The notes under the pieces were generated by a model, which ran no database searches, was not told the DNA's origin, and worked only from the letters and a program-made list of their open reading frames with translations. Below, one piece after another: positions 43,883 to 53,448 of a DNA stretch of 64,000 bases. The position numbers and the translations under genes were made by a program. Location: contig MGUG01000048.1 of assembly GCA_001799845.1 (NCBI GenBank), positions 74,944 through 138,943 on the forward strand. The letters run 5' to 3'. Position 1 is the first letter of the stretch; each line of letters opens with the position of its first letter. The DNA comes from Elusimicrobia bacterium GWC2_64_44 (GTDB lineage: Bacteria > Elusimicrobiota > Elusimicrobia > Elusimicrobiales > UBA9959).

Positions 43883-44500
43883 TTATTTCCGCAGCAGCTT
43901 TTCTACCCGCGTCCGGATGTCCGCCTGTATCTCGCCTACGGAGCGGCCGCCGTCCACGCGCGTCACTCCGGGGCGGCGCGCCAGCAGCTTGTAGGCGCGG
44001 TTGACCCGGCGGCGGAAAGCGTCGGGCGCGCGCTCTATGCGGTCCCGGCCGGGCCGCGTCTTCTCCCTCTGGGTGAAGACCTTGTCGGGGATGTCGAAAA
44101 CTATGGTCAGGTCGGGCTTCAGGTTCAGCGTGGCTATGCGGTTGAGCGTTTCCACGGTCTTCAGGTCGAGCCCTCGCCCGTAGCCCTGGTAGGCCGTGGT
44201 GGAAAGAGTGTAGCGGTCGGAGATGATGACTTTGCCGGCTTTCAGCGCCGGGAGTATTTTTTCGAGGGTGTGCTTGACCCGAGAGGTCTCGTAGAGGAAC
44301 AATTCGGTCAGCGGCTCTATGTCGCTTTTCGGGTCCAGCAGGATCTCCCGGATCTTCTCGGACAGATAGGTGCCGCCGGGCTCGCGCGTGACCATGACTT
44401 CCAGGCCGCGCTTCTCCAGCCAGGCCTTCAGCAGCCCGGCCTGCGTGGACTTGCCGGAGCGGTCCGGCCCCTCTAGAACTATGAAAATACCGCGTTTCAT
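43883..44500 (-). CDS. tmk: Thymidylate kinase
   Basis: Trimmed to MKRGIFIVLEGPDRSGKSTQ (205 aa). It has a P-loop, TREPGGT and DRY. Confidence 0.9.
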   Translation of the reverse strand: MKRGIFIVLEGPDRSGKSTQAGLLKAWLEKRGLEVMVTREPGGTYLSEKIREILLDPKSDIEPLTELFLYETSRVKHTLEKILPALKAGKVIISDRYTLSTTAYQGYGRGLDLKTVETLNRIATLNLKPDLTIVFDIPDKVFTQREKTRPGRDRIERAPDAFRRRVNRAYKLLARRPGVTRVDGGRSVGEIQADIRTRVEKLLRK

Positions 44501-44635
44501 AACTATATGATAGCAAAGCCCGGGGCCGGGGGGCCAGAACCCGCGGACGGCGGGCCGGGGCGGGGACTTAAGGCTTGCTGTCGGTGGCCCGGATATATCA
44601 AAATCTATACACCGACGGAAGACAGCGCGGGAACT

Positions 44636-46996
44636 ATGCAAAAACTGACCGGGGCGCTCTCAGCCCTGACCAAACTCCTGAACAGGCGCCGCGCGCTGAC
44701 CGCCGTCTTTGCGGCCTGCGTCGCCCTGCTGGCGGCCTGGCTGCAGTACGACGCGCGCCTGGCCGCCGCCCAGAGCCCTTCTCTGGCTTTCATGGCCGAC
44801 AAGGGCGAGCCGCTGCTGCACGCCGTCAGGAGCTCCGCCCTGGCCTGGTCCATGCCGGCGCCGTCCGTACTGTCGGCGCTGCTGGTCTACCACGCAGGGC
44901 CAGGGGCTTACGCCGCGGTTTTCATCGGCCTGAAAGCGGCAACCCTCTTCCTCGTCTTCGCCCTCGCGGCCGGGGCGGGGGTCCCGTTGGCCGGCCTGGC
45001 CGCCCTGCTGGCCGCGCTGCCTTTTGCCGGCGGCAATTTCGAACAGCTGCTCTACGCTTTCTCGCTGCTGGCCTTCCTGAACCTCGCGGCGGCGCGCGCC
45101 GCCGGCGGGGCCGCGGCCAACGCGGCGGCCGGCTTCGGCTTCGGCCTGACGCTGCTGGTGCGGCCGGCGCTCTTCCCGCTGGCGCCGCTGCTGCTGCTGC
45201 CGTGGCTGGCCGGCAAGCGCAACGCGCGGCCGCTGCGCGCGCTGGCTTTCGCGGCCGCCGCCTGCGCGGCGCTCGCGCCGTGGACGCTGGTGAATTACCA
45301 ACTGGACAAGAAGCTGGTGGTCTTCGAGCGCGGCCGGGCGGACTGCAATATCATCAGCACGGTACTGCGCAGCGATTCTACCGTCGAGGGTGACTGCCGC
45401 GCGCTGGCGGGCCTTGCTCCGGGCGAAAGCGCCCTTCGCTGGGCCGCGGCCAGGGTGCTCCCCGCCCCCTGGCCCTATGTCTTCGACGGAGCGAAGCGCT
45501 TCTTCAGGCTTTTCCTCGCGCACCCGCTGCTCTGGCTGCTGGCCCTGGCCGGGCTGGCGCTGGGGCAAACCTACTCCGGGCGGCTCAGCGGGGCCTGCGC
45601 CCTGGGCCTCGGGCTTTTTTATTCGGCCTTTTCTTTCGAGCCCAGGTACGCCGAGCCGCTCGCCTATTTGCTGGCTCTGCCTGGCGCGGCCTGGCTGTGC
45701 GGGCTGCCGGGCCTGAAGCCGGCCGCCACCGAGCCTTACGCGGCCCCGGGGCTTGCCGTTTCAGGGGCCGGGTTGGGTGCCGGGCTGGTCCTGGCGGCGC
45801 TGCTGCTATCTCACGCTTTCAGCGCGAAGAACATCTATTCCGCAGTGACCGCGGCCCTGTCGCGGCACCCGGGCGACCTGTGGCTGCTTGAAAAGCGGGC
45901 CGACCTCCTGCTGTGGAACGATAATACGGAGGCCGGTCTTGCCGCCCTGGGCGCAGCGGCCGAAGTCTCGGCCCTCGGCTTCCCGCTGGCTCCCCGCGGA
46001 GAACAGGGAGGGCGCTCCGGAGAAGCCCTGGCCCGGGCGGCGCTGGAGGACCTGGACGCCGGGCGCAGTTCCGAGGCCGCGTACGGGTTGGGCGCCCTGG
46101 CCGGCTTCGTTTCCGAGAACCATATAAAGGTGCGCGGCCCCGGCGGCGCCCGGGCGGAGCGGCTCCTGGCGGAGCTCCGCGGCGCGGGCAATATCCCCTG
46201 GCACTTCGTGTCGCAGGCCCTGCGCTTCTGGCCCAGCGAACGCCGGGGAGTTCTGCTGCGCCGGCTTTCTGCCGCGGCCCCGTGGTTCGCCGTGCCGCAC
46301 GGAGTGCTTCCGCTCAGCGTCCCGGCGGAATACGAGCTGGACGGCGAGGACCTGGCCCGCGAGCTGATCGCAAAAGACTGCGCTGGAGCGGCGGCGTCTG
46401 GGGATTTCCCGCTGGAATACGCCTATGGCCGGTACCGCGCCTCCGCCGCCCCGTGGACGGCGCTCTGGCTGGCCCTCAGCGGCAGGGACATACGCTTTTC
46501 ACAGTCGGAGCGCTCGGCCCTGCTGGCCGCCGCCGCAGCCCCTGAAAAAAGCGCTGCGGCGCCGCCGGGCGGGCAGCCGGCGCTAGGCATACTCGCGGTC
46601 TGCCGGAACGGCGGAGCGGCGCCTGCCGGCTGGGCCGCCCTCCGCAGGCCGGCACTCTTCGAACTGGCCGCGCGGCTGGCCGGCGAGGCTAAGGACGCCG
46701 CAGCGTTGAAAACACTTGGCGCGTATCTGGACGCGCATCCGCGCGAGCTGGGAGGCTACGCTCACAACCTTGCGCTGTCCTTGCAGCAGGCCGGCGCGTA
46801 CCCGGCGGCTATAGAGAGGTTTGATAAATTGCTGGCCGGCAAGCCCGGCGACCCGAAGCTCCTCAACGACAGGGGCATGTGCCGCCTGCTTGCCGGGAAC
46901 CGTGCCGCCGCGGGGGCTGATTTCCGCGCCGCCCTGGCCGCTTCGCCGGGCTTCGCCGAAGCGGAGCGGAACCTGGCTTATCTCGCCCGCCTGTAA
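44636..46996 (+). CDS. Polytopic membrane protein with C-terminal TPR repeats (possibly GT39/GT83-like glycosyltransferase)
   Basis: Trimmed to MQKLTGALSALTKLL (786 aa). The N-terminal roughly 420 aa contain many hydrophobic helices. The C-terminal TPR-like helices include AYPAAIERFDKLLAGKPGDPKLLNDRGMCRLLAGN. The family assignment is tentative. Confidence 0.5.
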   Translation: MQKLTGALSALTKLLNRRRALTAVFAACVALLAAWLQYDARLAAAQSPSLAFMADKGEPLLHAVRSSALAWSMPAPSVLSALLVYHAGPGAYAAVFIGLKAATLFLVFALAAGAGVPLAGLAALLAALPFAGGNFEQLLYAFSLLAFLNLAAARAAGGAAANAAAGFGFGLTLLVRPALFPLAPLLLLPWLAGKRNARPLRALAFAAAACAALAPWTLVNYQLDKKLVVFERGRADCNIISTVLRSDSTVEGDCRALAGLAPGESALRWAAARVLPAPWPYVFDGAKRFFRLFLAHPLLWLLALAGLALGQTYSGRLSGACALGLGLFYSAFSFEPRYAEPLAYLLALPGAAWLCGLPGLKPAATEPYAAPGLAVSGAGLGAGLVLAALLLSHAFSAKNIYSAVTAALSRHPGDLWLLEKRADLLLWNDNTEAGLAALGAAAEVSALGFPLAPRGEQGGRSGEALARAALEDLDAGRSSEAAYGLGALAGFVSENHIKVRGPGGARAERLLAELRGAGNIPWHFVSQALRFWPSERRGVLLRRLSAAAPWFAVPHGVLPLSVPAEYELDGEDLARELIAKDCAGAAASGDFPLEYAYGRYRASAAPWTALWLALSGRDIRFSQSERSALLAAAAAPEKSAAAPPGGQPALGILAVCRNGGAAPAGWAALRRPALFELAARLAGEAKDAAALKTLGAYLDAHPRELGGYAHNLALSLQQAGAYPAAIERFDKLLAGKPGDPKLLNDRGMCRLLAGNRAAAGADFRAALAASPGFAEAERNLAYLARL

Positions 46997-47022
46997 CGCC
47001 TCACCCGTAAATGGACAAAAGA

Positions 47023-47048
47023 AAAGGCCCCGGAGTTCCGGGGCCTTT
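47023..47048. terminator. Bidirectional rho-independent terminator
   Basis: The arms AAAGGCCCCGGA / TCCGGGGCCTTT lie between convergent genes and are flanked by A- and T-rich runs. Confidence 0.8.
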
Positions 47049-47067
47049 CTTGTTATTAGCTGCTTGC

Positions 47068-49578
47068 TCAGGAGCACTCTGAATAGCCGCAGTCGTGGCA
47101 GGTGGGGCCAGAGCAGCCGGACTCGTAGCTGACGTTGGACGAGTAGCACTTGGGGCAGTACTGCGTGTGCGAGGCGTCCCACAGCTCCAGCTTTTCCTGG
47201 CCGTTGATCTCGGCGTCGCTGGCTATCACGCCGGAGCGCTTCAGGTGGCTGCGCAGCGCCACGGCGATGCCGTGCGCCACCGAGTTGATGCGGTTCTCGC
47301 CCAGGCCGACGGGCCGGTCGCCCTTCACCGAGTTGAGGTGCTTGATCACCTTCACCGGGTCGCCGCCTTCCTCGAGGTACTTGGAGAGCAGGATGCCGAT
47401 GAGCGAGGTCAGGCCGCTGATCTCGGTGCCCAGCGGCGGCATGTTGGTGAACACCTGGTACGGGCCGTGCTCGTTGTAGTTGATGTGCACGTGCAGCGGG
47501 CCGTAGCCGGTCTTCAGCTGGAAATATTCCGACGACACGCCGAAAGACTGCAGCGGCGCTTTCTTCTTCTTGGTCTTGGCCAGCGCCTGGGCGTCGCCGC
47601 CGATGTTGAGCACCTGCTGTGCCTTGCAGCCGTCGCGGTAGACGGTGAGGCCCTTGCAGCCCAGCTTGTGCGCGAGCAGGTAGCAGTTCTTCACGTCCTC
47701 CGCCTTGGCGGAGTTGGGCATGTTGATGGTCTTGGAGACGGCGTTGTCGACGTGCCGCTGGAAGGCCGCCTGGATGCGGATGTGGCTCTCCACGCTCACG
47801 TCGTGCGCGGTGGGGAACAGGGCCTGCACCTGCCTGGGGATCTCCGGGATGCCGCGCACGGCCTTGTGGTTGGCCTCTATCTTCTTCCAGAGGGCTTTCT
47901 CGTCGAGGCCGAAGAAATGCTGCTCCTTCGCGAGCTGCTTGAAGAGCGCGTTCACCTCGAAGAAGGTGTCCTTCGCCTCGGGGTCGCGCTTGTTCTTTAT
48001 GGCCTCCAGCGCCCTGGCGTTGTAGCGCGTGTAGGCGATGGCGAAGAACGGCTCGATGCCCGAGCCCTGCAGGCCGGCCGCTATGGCGATGGTGCCGGTG
48101 GGGGCGATGGTGGTGCGGCAGGCGTTGCGGGGCCGCGCGGCCACGCCGCGGAAATGTTTGCTCTCGGCGTCGTAGATGGAGCCCTTCCAGTTCTGGAACA
48201 CGCCGCGCTCGCGGGCCAGCTCTTCGGAGGCCTCGAGCGACCTCTCGTTGATGAACTTCATCACCTCTTCGGCCTTCTTCAGGCCTTCGGGGCTGTCGTA
48301 GGCCACGCCGAGCTTTACGGCGGTCTCGGCCCAGCCCATCACGCCCAGGCCTATCTTGCGGTTGCCCTTGGCGATCTTCTCTATCTCCGTCAGCGGGTAA
48401 TTGTTGATCTCTATGACGTTGTCGAGGAAGCGGATGGCGCTGGTCACGGTGGCTCCGAGGCGCTCCCAGTCCAGGGCGCCGCGCGTGACCTCGCCGGTGA
48501 CGTAGTTGGCGAGGTTGATGGAGCCCAGGTTGCAGGACTCCCACGGCAGCAGCGGCTGCTCGCCGCAGGGGTTGGTGCTTTCTATCTGGCCCAGCTCCGG
48601 CGTGGGGTTGGAATTGGTGTCGTTGATGCGGTCGATGAAGACGATGCCCGGGTCGCCGCTGGCCCACGCGGAGTCCACCATGCTGTTGAAGACCTCGCGG
48701 GCTTTCAGCGCGCCGGCCGGCTCCTTGGTGCGGGGGTTGATGAGGTCGTAGCTGGCGTTGGCCTCCACGGCCTTCATGAACTTGTCGTCGAGGGCGATGG
48801 AGATGTTGAAGTTCTCCAGCGCGCCCTGCTGCGACTTGATGGTGATGAAATCCTTGACCTCGGGATGCCAGTAGGGGATGATGCCCATGTTGGCGCCGCG
48901 GCGCGTGCCGCCCTGCTTGACCACGTCGGTCAGCTTGTCGAAGAGCTTCATGAACGACACGGCCCCGGAGGCCACGCCGTTGGTCTTCTTCACCAGGTCG
49001 CCCTTGGGGCGCACGCGGCAGAAGGAGAAGCCGGTGCCGCCGCCGGATTTCTGGATGAGGCTCTGCGCGGTCAGCGCCTTGGCGATGCCCTCCATGGAGT
49101 CCGGCACGGGCAGCACGTAGCAGGCGGAGAGCTGCTGCAGGTCGCGCCCGGCGTTCATCAGCGTGGGGGAGTTGGGCAGGAAGTCGAAGCCCGCCATCAG
49201 GTTGTAGAACTCGTTCTGCCGGAGGTCGGCGGCCTCGCGCGCGGCGGGCTGCTCGTGGTAGGCCTTCTCCAGGTTGGAGATGAAGCGCATGAAGTTGGCT
49301 TCGCGCTCGGAGGACTCGGCCAGGCCGTCGTGGAAGAGCAGCGTGGGGGAAATGGTGCCGTCGGTGGCGGTTTCGGTGACGCGGCAGCTGACGCCTTCGA
49401 AGACGCCCCACTTTTTGGCTTCGGGATGGAAGATAAGTTCGGAAAGGGAGATGTTATGCGCTACGCGCTCGAAAAGCTGCTCGGCGGAGTTCTCTTCGCG
49501 GAGGTACTTGTCCTTGATCACCTTGGCCTGGTTCTCGCTGATGTGGATCTCTTTTCTGACTGCCGTGATGGTCTTCAT
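47068..49578 (-). CDS. nrdJ: Class II (adenosylcobalamin-dependent) ribonucleotide reductase
   Basis: Contains the STNPCGEQPLLPWESCNLGSINL thiyl-Cys loop and a C-terminal Cys-rich tail (CPKCYSS...CHDCGYSECS). The start is set to the ATG at 49578, preceded by AAGGAC 6 nt upstream, rather than the TTG at 49608 used in the track. Confidence 0.9.
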   Translation of the reverse strand: MKTITAVRKEIHISENQAKVIKDKYLREENSAEQLFERVAHNISLSELIFHPEAKKWGVFEGVSCRVTETATDGTISPTLLFHDGLAESSEREANFMRFISNLEKAYHEQPAAREAADLRQNEFYNLMAGFDFLPNSPTLMNAGRDLQQLSACYVLPVPDSMEGIAKALTAQSLIQKSGGGTGFSFCRVRPKGDLVKKTNGVASGAVSFMKLFDKLTDVVKQGGTRRGANMGIIPYWHPEVKDFITIKSQQGALENFNISIALDDKFMKAVEANASYDLINPRTKEPAGALKAREVFNSMVDSAWASGDPGIVFIDRINDTNSNPTPELGQIESTNPCGEQPLLPWESCNLGSINLANYVTGEVTRGALDWERLGATVTSAIRFLDNVIEINNYPLTEIEKIAKGNRKIGLGVMGWAETAVKLGVAYDSPEGLKKAEEVMKFINERSLEASEELARERGVFQNWKGSIYDAESKHFRGVAARPRNACRTTIAPTGTIAIAAGLQGSGIEPFFAIAYTRYNARALEAIKNKRDPEAKDTFFEVNALFKQLAKEQHFFGLDEKALWKKIEANHKAVRGIPEIPRQVQALFPTAHDVSVESHIRIQAAFQRHVDNAVSKTINMPNSAKAEDVKNCYLLAHKLGCKGLTVYRDGCKAQQVLNIGGDAQALAKTKKKKAPLQSFGVSSEYFQLKTGYGPLHVHINYNEHGPYQVFTNMPPLGTEISGLTSLIGILLSKYLEEGGDPVKVIKHLNSVKGDRPVGLGENRINSVAHGIAVALRSHLKRSGVIASDAEINGQEKLELWDASHTQYCPKCYSSNVSYESGCSGPTCHDCGYSECS

Positions 49579-49754
49579 TCTTACGTCCTTGACCGCTTCA
49601 TTTCCCAACCTGCGTAGGTGCCGTAAGGAGCGCTCCTTAAGACGGCCGGGCCTATCAGGCCTCCGTTCCGGCTGCGCACCGCCCGGGCCGCCGCGGCGGC
49701 TGTGGGCCGGGTTTTGTCGTTAACCCTGCACCAAAAAGCTTTTGGAATAAGTTT

Positions 49755-49783
49755 AATCTACAATAGTGCCGGAGGGATGTCAA
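49755..49783 (-). promoter_or_regulatory. Sigma-70 promoter for nrdJ
   Basis: The minus strand reads TTGACA-17 nt-TAGATT. This implies a GC-rich leader of about 170 nt that includes the perfect palindrome TAAGGAGCGCTCCTTA (49624-49639). Confidence 0.55.
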
Positions 49784-49808
49784 ATCTGCCGACGGCGGCC
49801 TTAAAAAG

Positions 49809-49846
49809 CCTCCCGGAACGGCCAAAACTGTTATAATTCCGGGAGG
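49809..49846. promoter_or_regulatory. 10-bp inverted repeat bracketing an extended -10 box upstream of the sigma-54-like gene
   Basis: The repeat is CCTCCCGGAA-N18-TTCCGGGAGG. The spacer contains TGTTATAAT (49829-49837, an extended -10 on the + strand). The right arm overlaps the SD-like GGGAGG 12 nt before the ATG at 49858. Confidence 0.45.
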
Positions 49847-49857
49847 GGAAAGCTCCA

Positions 49858-50907
49858 ATGAAAAAGCCCAGAAAACCGTCGCAGGAATTGGCGCAGGCGC
49901 AGGTGCAGCGGCAGGACCTGCGACTCTTCGCCGTGCTGGCCTCTTCGGAGGAGGATTTCCTGCGCCAGTCGGCGGAGCTGGAAGCCGACCCGCTCTTCGC
50001 GCGGCTCTGCGCCCCCGGCCCGGACGGGAGCGCCCCGGTGCTGCGCCGGCGCCTGCCCGGAGCTTCCTACGCCTTCTCCCTGGCCTGCGGGGACGACGCC
50101 CTGGCCGCGGCCGCCGGCCCCGGCGGCACCGCCGGCGAGTGGCTGGCCGCCAGGCCGGAGATGCTGGCGCTCGCGCGCCGCGTCGGGCTGGAGAATTTCG
50201 AGAAATTTTTCCTGTCGGACTCCGCCTTCAGCCCCGCCGCAGCCGCGCGGGCCTGCGGCTGCACTCCAGCCGAGGCCGCCGCCCTTAAAACTTTCGCCGC
50301 CGCCTTCCTGCTCGCGCACGAGCATATCGCCCCGGCCGCGCTGCCCAGGCTTTACCTGCGCTGCGCCGCGTCCGTAGGCGCCGAAGGCGGGAAACTTTCC
50401 ATTGCGTACACGCACCCGTCCTACCTGCGCGGCGCCTGCACCGTGGACCACCGGGCCCTGGCCAGCCTGGTAAAGAGCGGCGGGCTCACCCCCGCCGACG
50501 CCGCGCGCGCCGCCGGGCTGGCCGCGCGCGCCCAGCGACTGGCCTGGCGCCGGGCCGGCTTTCACCGCGTGATCTTGGCGCTGGTAGAGGCGCAGTCGGG
50601 CTTCCTGCTGCGGCGCTCGGGACTGGCCCCGCTGACGCAGCGGGAGCTGGCCGCGCGCTCCGGCCTGGACCCCGCCACGGTCTCGCGCCTCATAGCCTCC
50701 AGGACCTTGCTCGCCCCGTGGGGAGACGAGATAAAGCTGAAAGACCTTTTTCTCGCTAAAAACGCGTTTATAATTGATAAAATAAAGGCCATACTGGGGG
50801 CTGCCGACCAACGCTTGACCGACACCGAACTGACCGCGGTCCTCAGAACTAAACACGGTATACGGGTATCACGCCGCAGCGTGAACCTGTACAGGTCAAA
50901 GTTATGA
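49858..50907 (+). CDS. rpoN: Compact sigma-54-like RNA polymerase sigma factor
   Basis: 349 aa. The C-terminal HTH (LTQRELAARSGLDPATVSRLIASRTL...WGDEIKLKDLF) and the RpoN-box-like GIRVSRRSVNLYRSKL match the sigma-54 DNA-binding end. The N-terminus (QELAQAQVQRQDLRLF...ELEADPLF) resembles region I. It is about 100 aa shorter than typical RpoN. Confidence 0.6.
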   Translation: MKKPRKPSQELAQAQVQRQDLRLFAVLASSEEDFLRQSAELEADPLFARLCAPGPDGSAPVLRRRLPGASYAFSLACGDDALAAAAGPGGTAGEWLAARPEMLALARRVGLENFEKFFLSDSAFSPAAAARACGCTPAEAAALKTFAAAFLLAHEHIAPAALPRLYLRCAASVGAEGGKLSIAYTHPSYLRGACTVDHRALASLVKSGGLTPADAARAAGLAARAQRLAWRRAGFHRVILALVEAQSGFLLRRSGLAPLTQRELAARSGLDPATVSRLIASRTLLAPWGDEIKLKDLFLAKNAFIIDKIKAILGAADQRLTDTELTAVLRTKHGIRVSRRSVNLYRSKL

Positions 50908-52016
50908 TGAGCAAAAAAATAGGCGCGGCCGCCAATCCCATCTACAAAAGCCTCTTCGACGCGGTCTTCTTCAAGGCGCAGGAACCCATGCTGGTGCTGG
51001 ACCGCGGGCTCGCCGTGCTGGTGGTGAACAACAGCGCGCTGAAGCTGCTGGGCTGGTCGGGGCAGGACATCAACGACAAGCCGGTCTCCGAGCTGGTGCT
51101 GGGCAAGGACCTGAAAGATTTCCTCGAACTCCTGGAGCTGGCCTCGCGCAACGGCGTGGTGCGCAACTACCGCTTCTATATGCTGACCGCCTCCAAGAGC
51201 ATAGTGCGCCTCTTTCTCACCGTGCAGGCGCTCAAGGACGAGGCCGGCGTGGTGAACGGCTACTGCCTGTCTTTCTCGCCGGTCTCGCCCGACGAATGGT
51301 CCGCGCTGAAGGACCCGCACGTGTTCAAGAACGCTGCGCGCAAGCTCAACCGTCTCACTTCCATGGGCCAGCTCACCGCCATGTTCGCGCACGACATCAA
51401 GAACCCGCTGCACGTGATCCTCTCCACGTCGGAGCTGCTCGGCGCGCTGGAGAACCCGCCCGAGGGCGTGAAGACCGGGGCCGAGCTCATCGAGCGCAAC
51501 GCCCGACGGGCCTCAAAGATAGTCAAAACGCTGCTGGATTTCTCCCGCAGCGGCATGTGCCGCCTGGAGCCCTACTCCCTGGAGACAGCCGCCGACAACG
51601 CGCTGGAGCTGATAGACAGCTCGCTCAAGACCGCCAAGGTGCGTGTAGAGAAAAAATTCGACCGCGCGCCCAAGGTGTTCCTGGACCCGCATTACCTGCA
51701 CAGCGTCATCTACAACCTCCTTAACAACGCGGCCCAGGCCCTGGATGGCGCCCCCGACGGGCGCATCTCCGTCACGTCGGGCTGGCTGGAGAAGGAGGGC
51801 GAGGTGTTCCTGACCATCGCCGACAACGGGCCCGGCTTCGAGTCCGCCATGGCCGACAATCTCTTCCAGCCTTTCTTCACCACCAAGGAGAACGGCACGG
51901 GCCTCGGCCTCTACCTGGCCCGCCAGATCATGGACGAGCACGGCGGCCGCATCATAGTGGCCTCCTCGCCCGAGGGCGGGGCCATGGTGAGCCTGCGCTT
52001 CAAGAAGATCGTTTAA
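50904..52016 (+). CDS. Cytoplasmic PAS-domain sensor histidine kinase
   Basis: 370 aa with no TM segment. It has a PAS-like N-terminus, H-box FAHDIKNPL, N-box NLLNNAAQA and G-boxes DNGPGF and GTGLGL. There is an ATGA overlap with the sigma-54-like gene. Confidence 0.85.
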   Translation: MMSKKIGAAANPIYKSLFDAVFFKAQEPMLVLDRGLAVLVVNNSALKLLGWSGQDINDKPVSELVLGKDLKDFLELLELASRNGVVRNYRFYMLTASKSIVRLFLTVQALKDEAGVVNGYCLSFSPVSPDEWSALKDPHVFKNAARKLNRLTSMGQLTAMFAHDIKNPLHVILSTSELLGALENPPEGVKTGAELIERNARRASKIVKTLLDFSRSGMCRLEPYSLETAADNALELIDSSLKTAKVRVEKKFDRAPKVFLDPHYLHSVIYNLLNNAAQALDGAPDGRISVTSGWLEKEGEVFLTIADNGPGFESAMADNLFQPFFTTKENGTGLGLYLARQIMDEHGGRIIVASSPEGGAMVSLRFKKIV

Positions 52017-53383
52017 TGGGCAATATCCTCATCGCCGAAGACGACGCCGACACGCGCTACGTGCTGAAGGCCGCGCTAGAGAGCGGCCGGCACGCCTGCG
52101 CGGCGGCCGCCTCCGGCGCCGAGGCCCTGGCGCTGGCCGAGGCGCTCACCTTCGACGCCGTGGTGCTGGATATGGTGCTGGGCGACGCCGACGGGCTGGA
52201 GATACTGAAAAAACTGAAGAGCGAGGATCCCGGCCTGCCCGTCGTCATCCTCACCGGGCACGCCAACGTGCAGACCGCCGTGAAGGCCATGAAGCTGGGC
52301 GCGCTGGATTACCTGATAAAGCCTTTCGGCAACGAGGAGCTGCTGCTGATCATGGAAAAGGCCGTGAAGGAGCGCCGCCTCAAGCGCGAGTTTGACGCCC
52401 TGCGCAGCCACGTTAAGCGCGCCCAGGGCGCCGAGCCGGTGTTCGGCCCCAGCAAAGAGATCAAAAATACCGCCGCGCTGGCCCGCCAGGTGGCAGCCAC
52501 CGACCTCACCGTCATCCTGTCCGGCCCGTCGGGCGCCGGCAAGGAAGTGTGGGCGCGCGAGATACACAGGCTTTCCTCCCGCGCCGGCAGCCCCTTCGTG
52601 GCGCTGGACTGCGGCGCGCTGCCCGAGAACCTCGTCGAGAGCGAGCTGTTCGGCTACGAGCGCGGCGCTTTTACCGGCGCGGACCGCCGCAAGCCCGGCC
52701 TGTTCGAGGCGGCCTACGGCGGCACCCTTTTTCTCGACGAGATAGCCAACCTGACTCCGGGCACGCAGGCCAAGCTCCTGCGCGTACTGGAAGAGCGCAG
52801 GATCCGCCACCTCGGCGGAAAAAAGGACATTCCCATCGACACGCGCGTGATAGTAGCCGCCAACCGGGACCTGCCAGCCTGCATCAAGGCGGAAGAGTTC
52901 CGCGAGGACCTCTATCACCGCCTCAACCAGTTCACCCTGCGCGTGCCTTCGCTGGCCGAGCGCAAAGAGGACATCCCCGCGCTGGCGGCCTTCTTCCTGC
53001 GCGAGGCCGAGAAGCTGGTGAATAAAAAGATAGACTCCATTTCCGACTCCGCCATGGCCGCGCTGGCGGCCTACGCCTGGCCGGGCAACGTGCGCGAGCT
53101 CAAGAACGTCATTATCCGCGCCGCCCTGCTGAGCGGGGGGGAAATACTGCCGGTACACCTGGGCCTGGGCGGCGAACCCGCGTGCCCGGAGACGCCGCGC
53201 GCCGCAGCGCCCGAAAGTTTCGATCTGAAAGAAAACCTCCGTCTCGCCCGCTCGGAAACCGAACGCCGACTGATACGTGCTGCGCTGGCCGAAACCGGCG
53301 GAAATAAGCTGAAAGCTGCCAAGCTTCTGTCCATCGACCGCAAAGCACTTTACACAAAGATCAAAGAGTACTCACTAGAGTAG
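52016..53383 (+). CDS. Sigma-54-dependent response regulator (NtrC family enhancer-binding protein)
   Basis: 455 aa. It has a REC domain (VVLDMVLGDADG), AAA+ Walker A GPSGAGKE, the GAFTGA motif (ERGAFTGA) and a C-terminal Fis-type HTH (GNKLKAAKLLSIDRKALYTKIKEY). There is a 1-nt overlap with the kinase stop. Confidence 0.9.
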   Translation: MGNILIAEDDADTRYVLKAALESGRHACAAAASGAEALALAEALTFDAVVLDMVLGDADGLEILKKLKSEDPGLPVVILTGHANVQTAVKAMKLGALDYLIKPFGNEELLLIMEKAVKERRLKREFDALRSHVKRAQGAEPVFGPSKEIKNTAALARQVAATDLTVILSGPSGAGKEVWAREIHRLSSRAGSPFVALDCGALPENLVESELFGYERGAFTGADRRKPGLFEAAYGGTLFLDEIANLTPGTQAKLLRVLEERRIRHLGGKKDIPIDTRVIVAANRDLPACIKAEEFREDLYHRLNQFTLRVPSLAERKEDIPALAAFFLREAEKLVNKKIDSISDSAMAALAAYAWPGNVRELKNVIIRAALLSGGEILPVHLGLGGEPACPETPRAAAPESFDLKENLRLARSETERRLIRAALAETGGNKLKAAKLLSIDRKALYTKIKEYSLE

Positions 53384-53394
53384 TGGGGAAACTT

Positions 53395-53448
53395 TTCCAC
53401 AGTTATGCTGTGGAATATATTCCACAGTGTGGATAATATTCCACAGTG
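53395..53448 (+). promoter_or_regulatory. Cluster of TTCCACAG repeats/palindromes (putative enhancer, UAS)
   Basis: The cluster has TTCCACAG-N5-CTGTGGAA (53395-53415, perfect), TTCCACAG-TGTGGATA (53420-53435) and a third TTCCACAG (53439-53446). The 13-mer ATATTCCACAGTG occurs twice, 19 nt apart. The cluster lies about 190-240 nt upstream of the -24/-12 element. Confidence 0.6.

Noticed and set aside
49579-49608. TTG start at 49608 for nrdJ, as in the ORF track.
   Set aside because: The ATG at 49578 is preceded by AAGGAC at the right distance, and the 10 extra residues add nothing conserved. The choice remains unverified.
49579-49754. Cobalamin riboswitch or NrdR boxes in the nrdJ leader/promoter.
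   Set aside because: I looked for the B12-box and the GGUG..GGGAA core and found only vague GC-rich similarity. The only NrdR-like stretch (CACTATTGTAG in the promoter spacer) is not palindromic and occurs once. An Rfam scan would be decisive.
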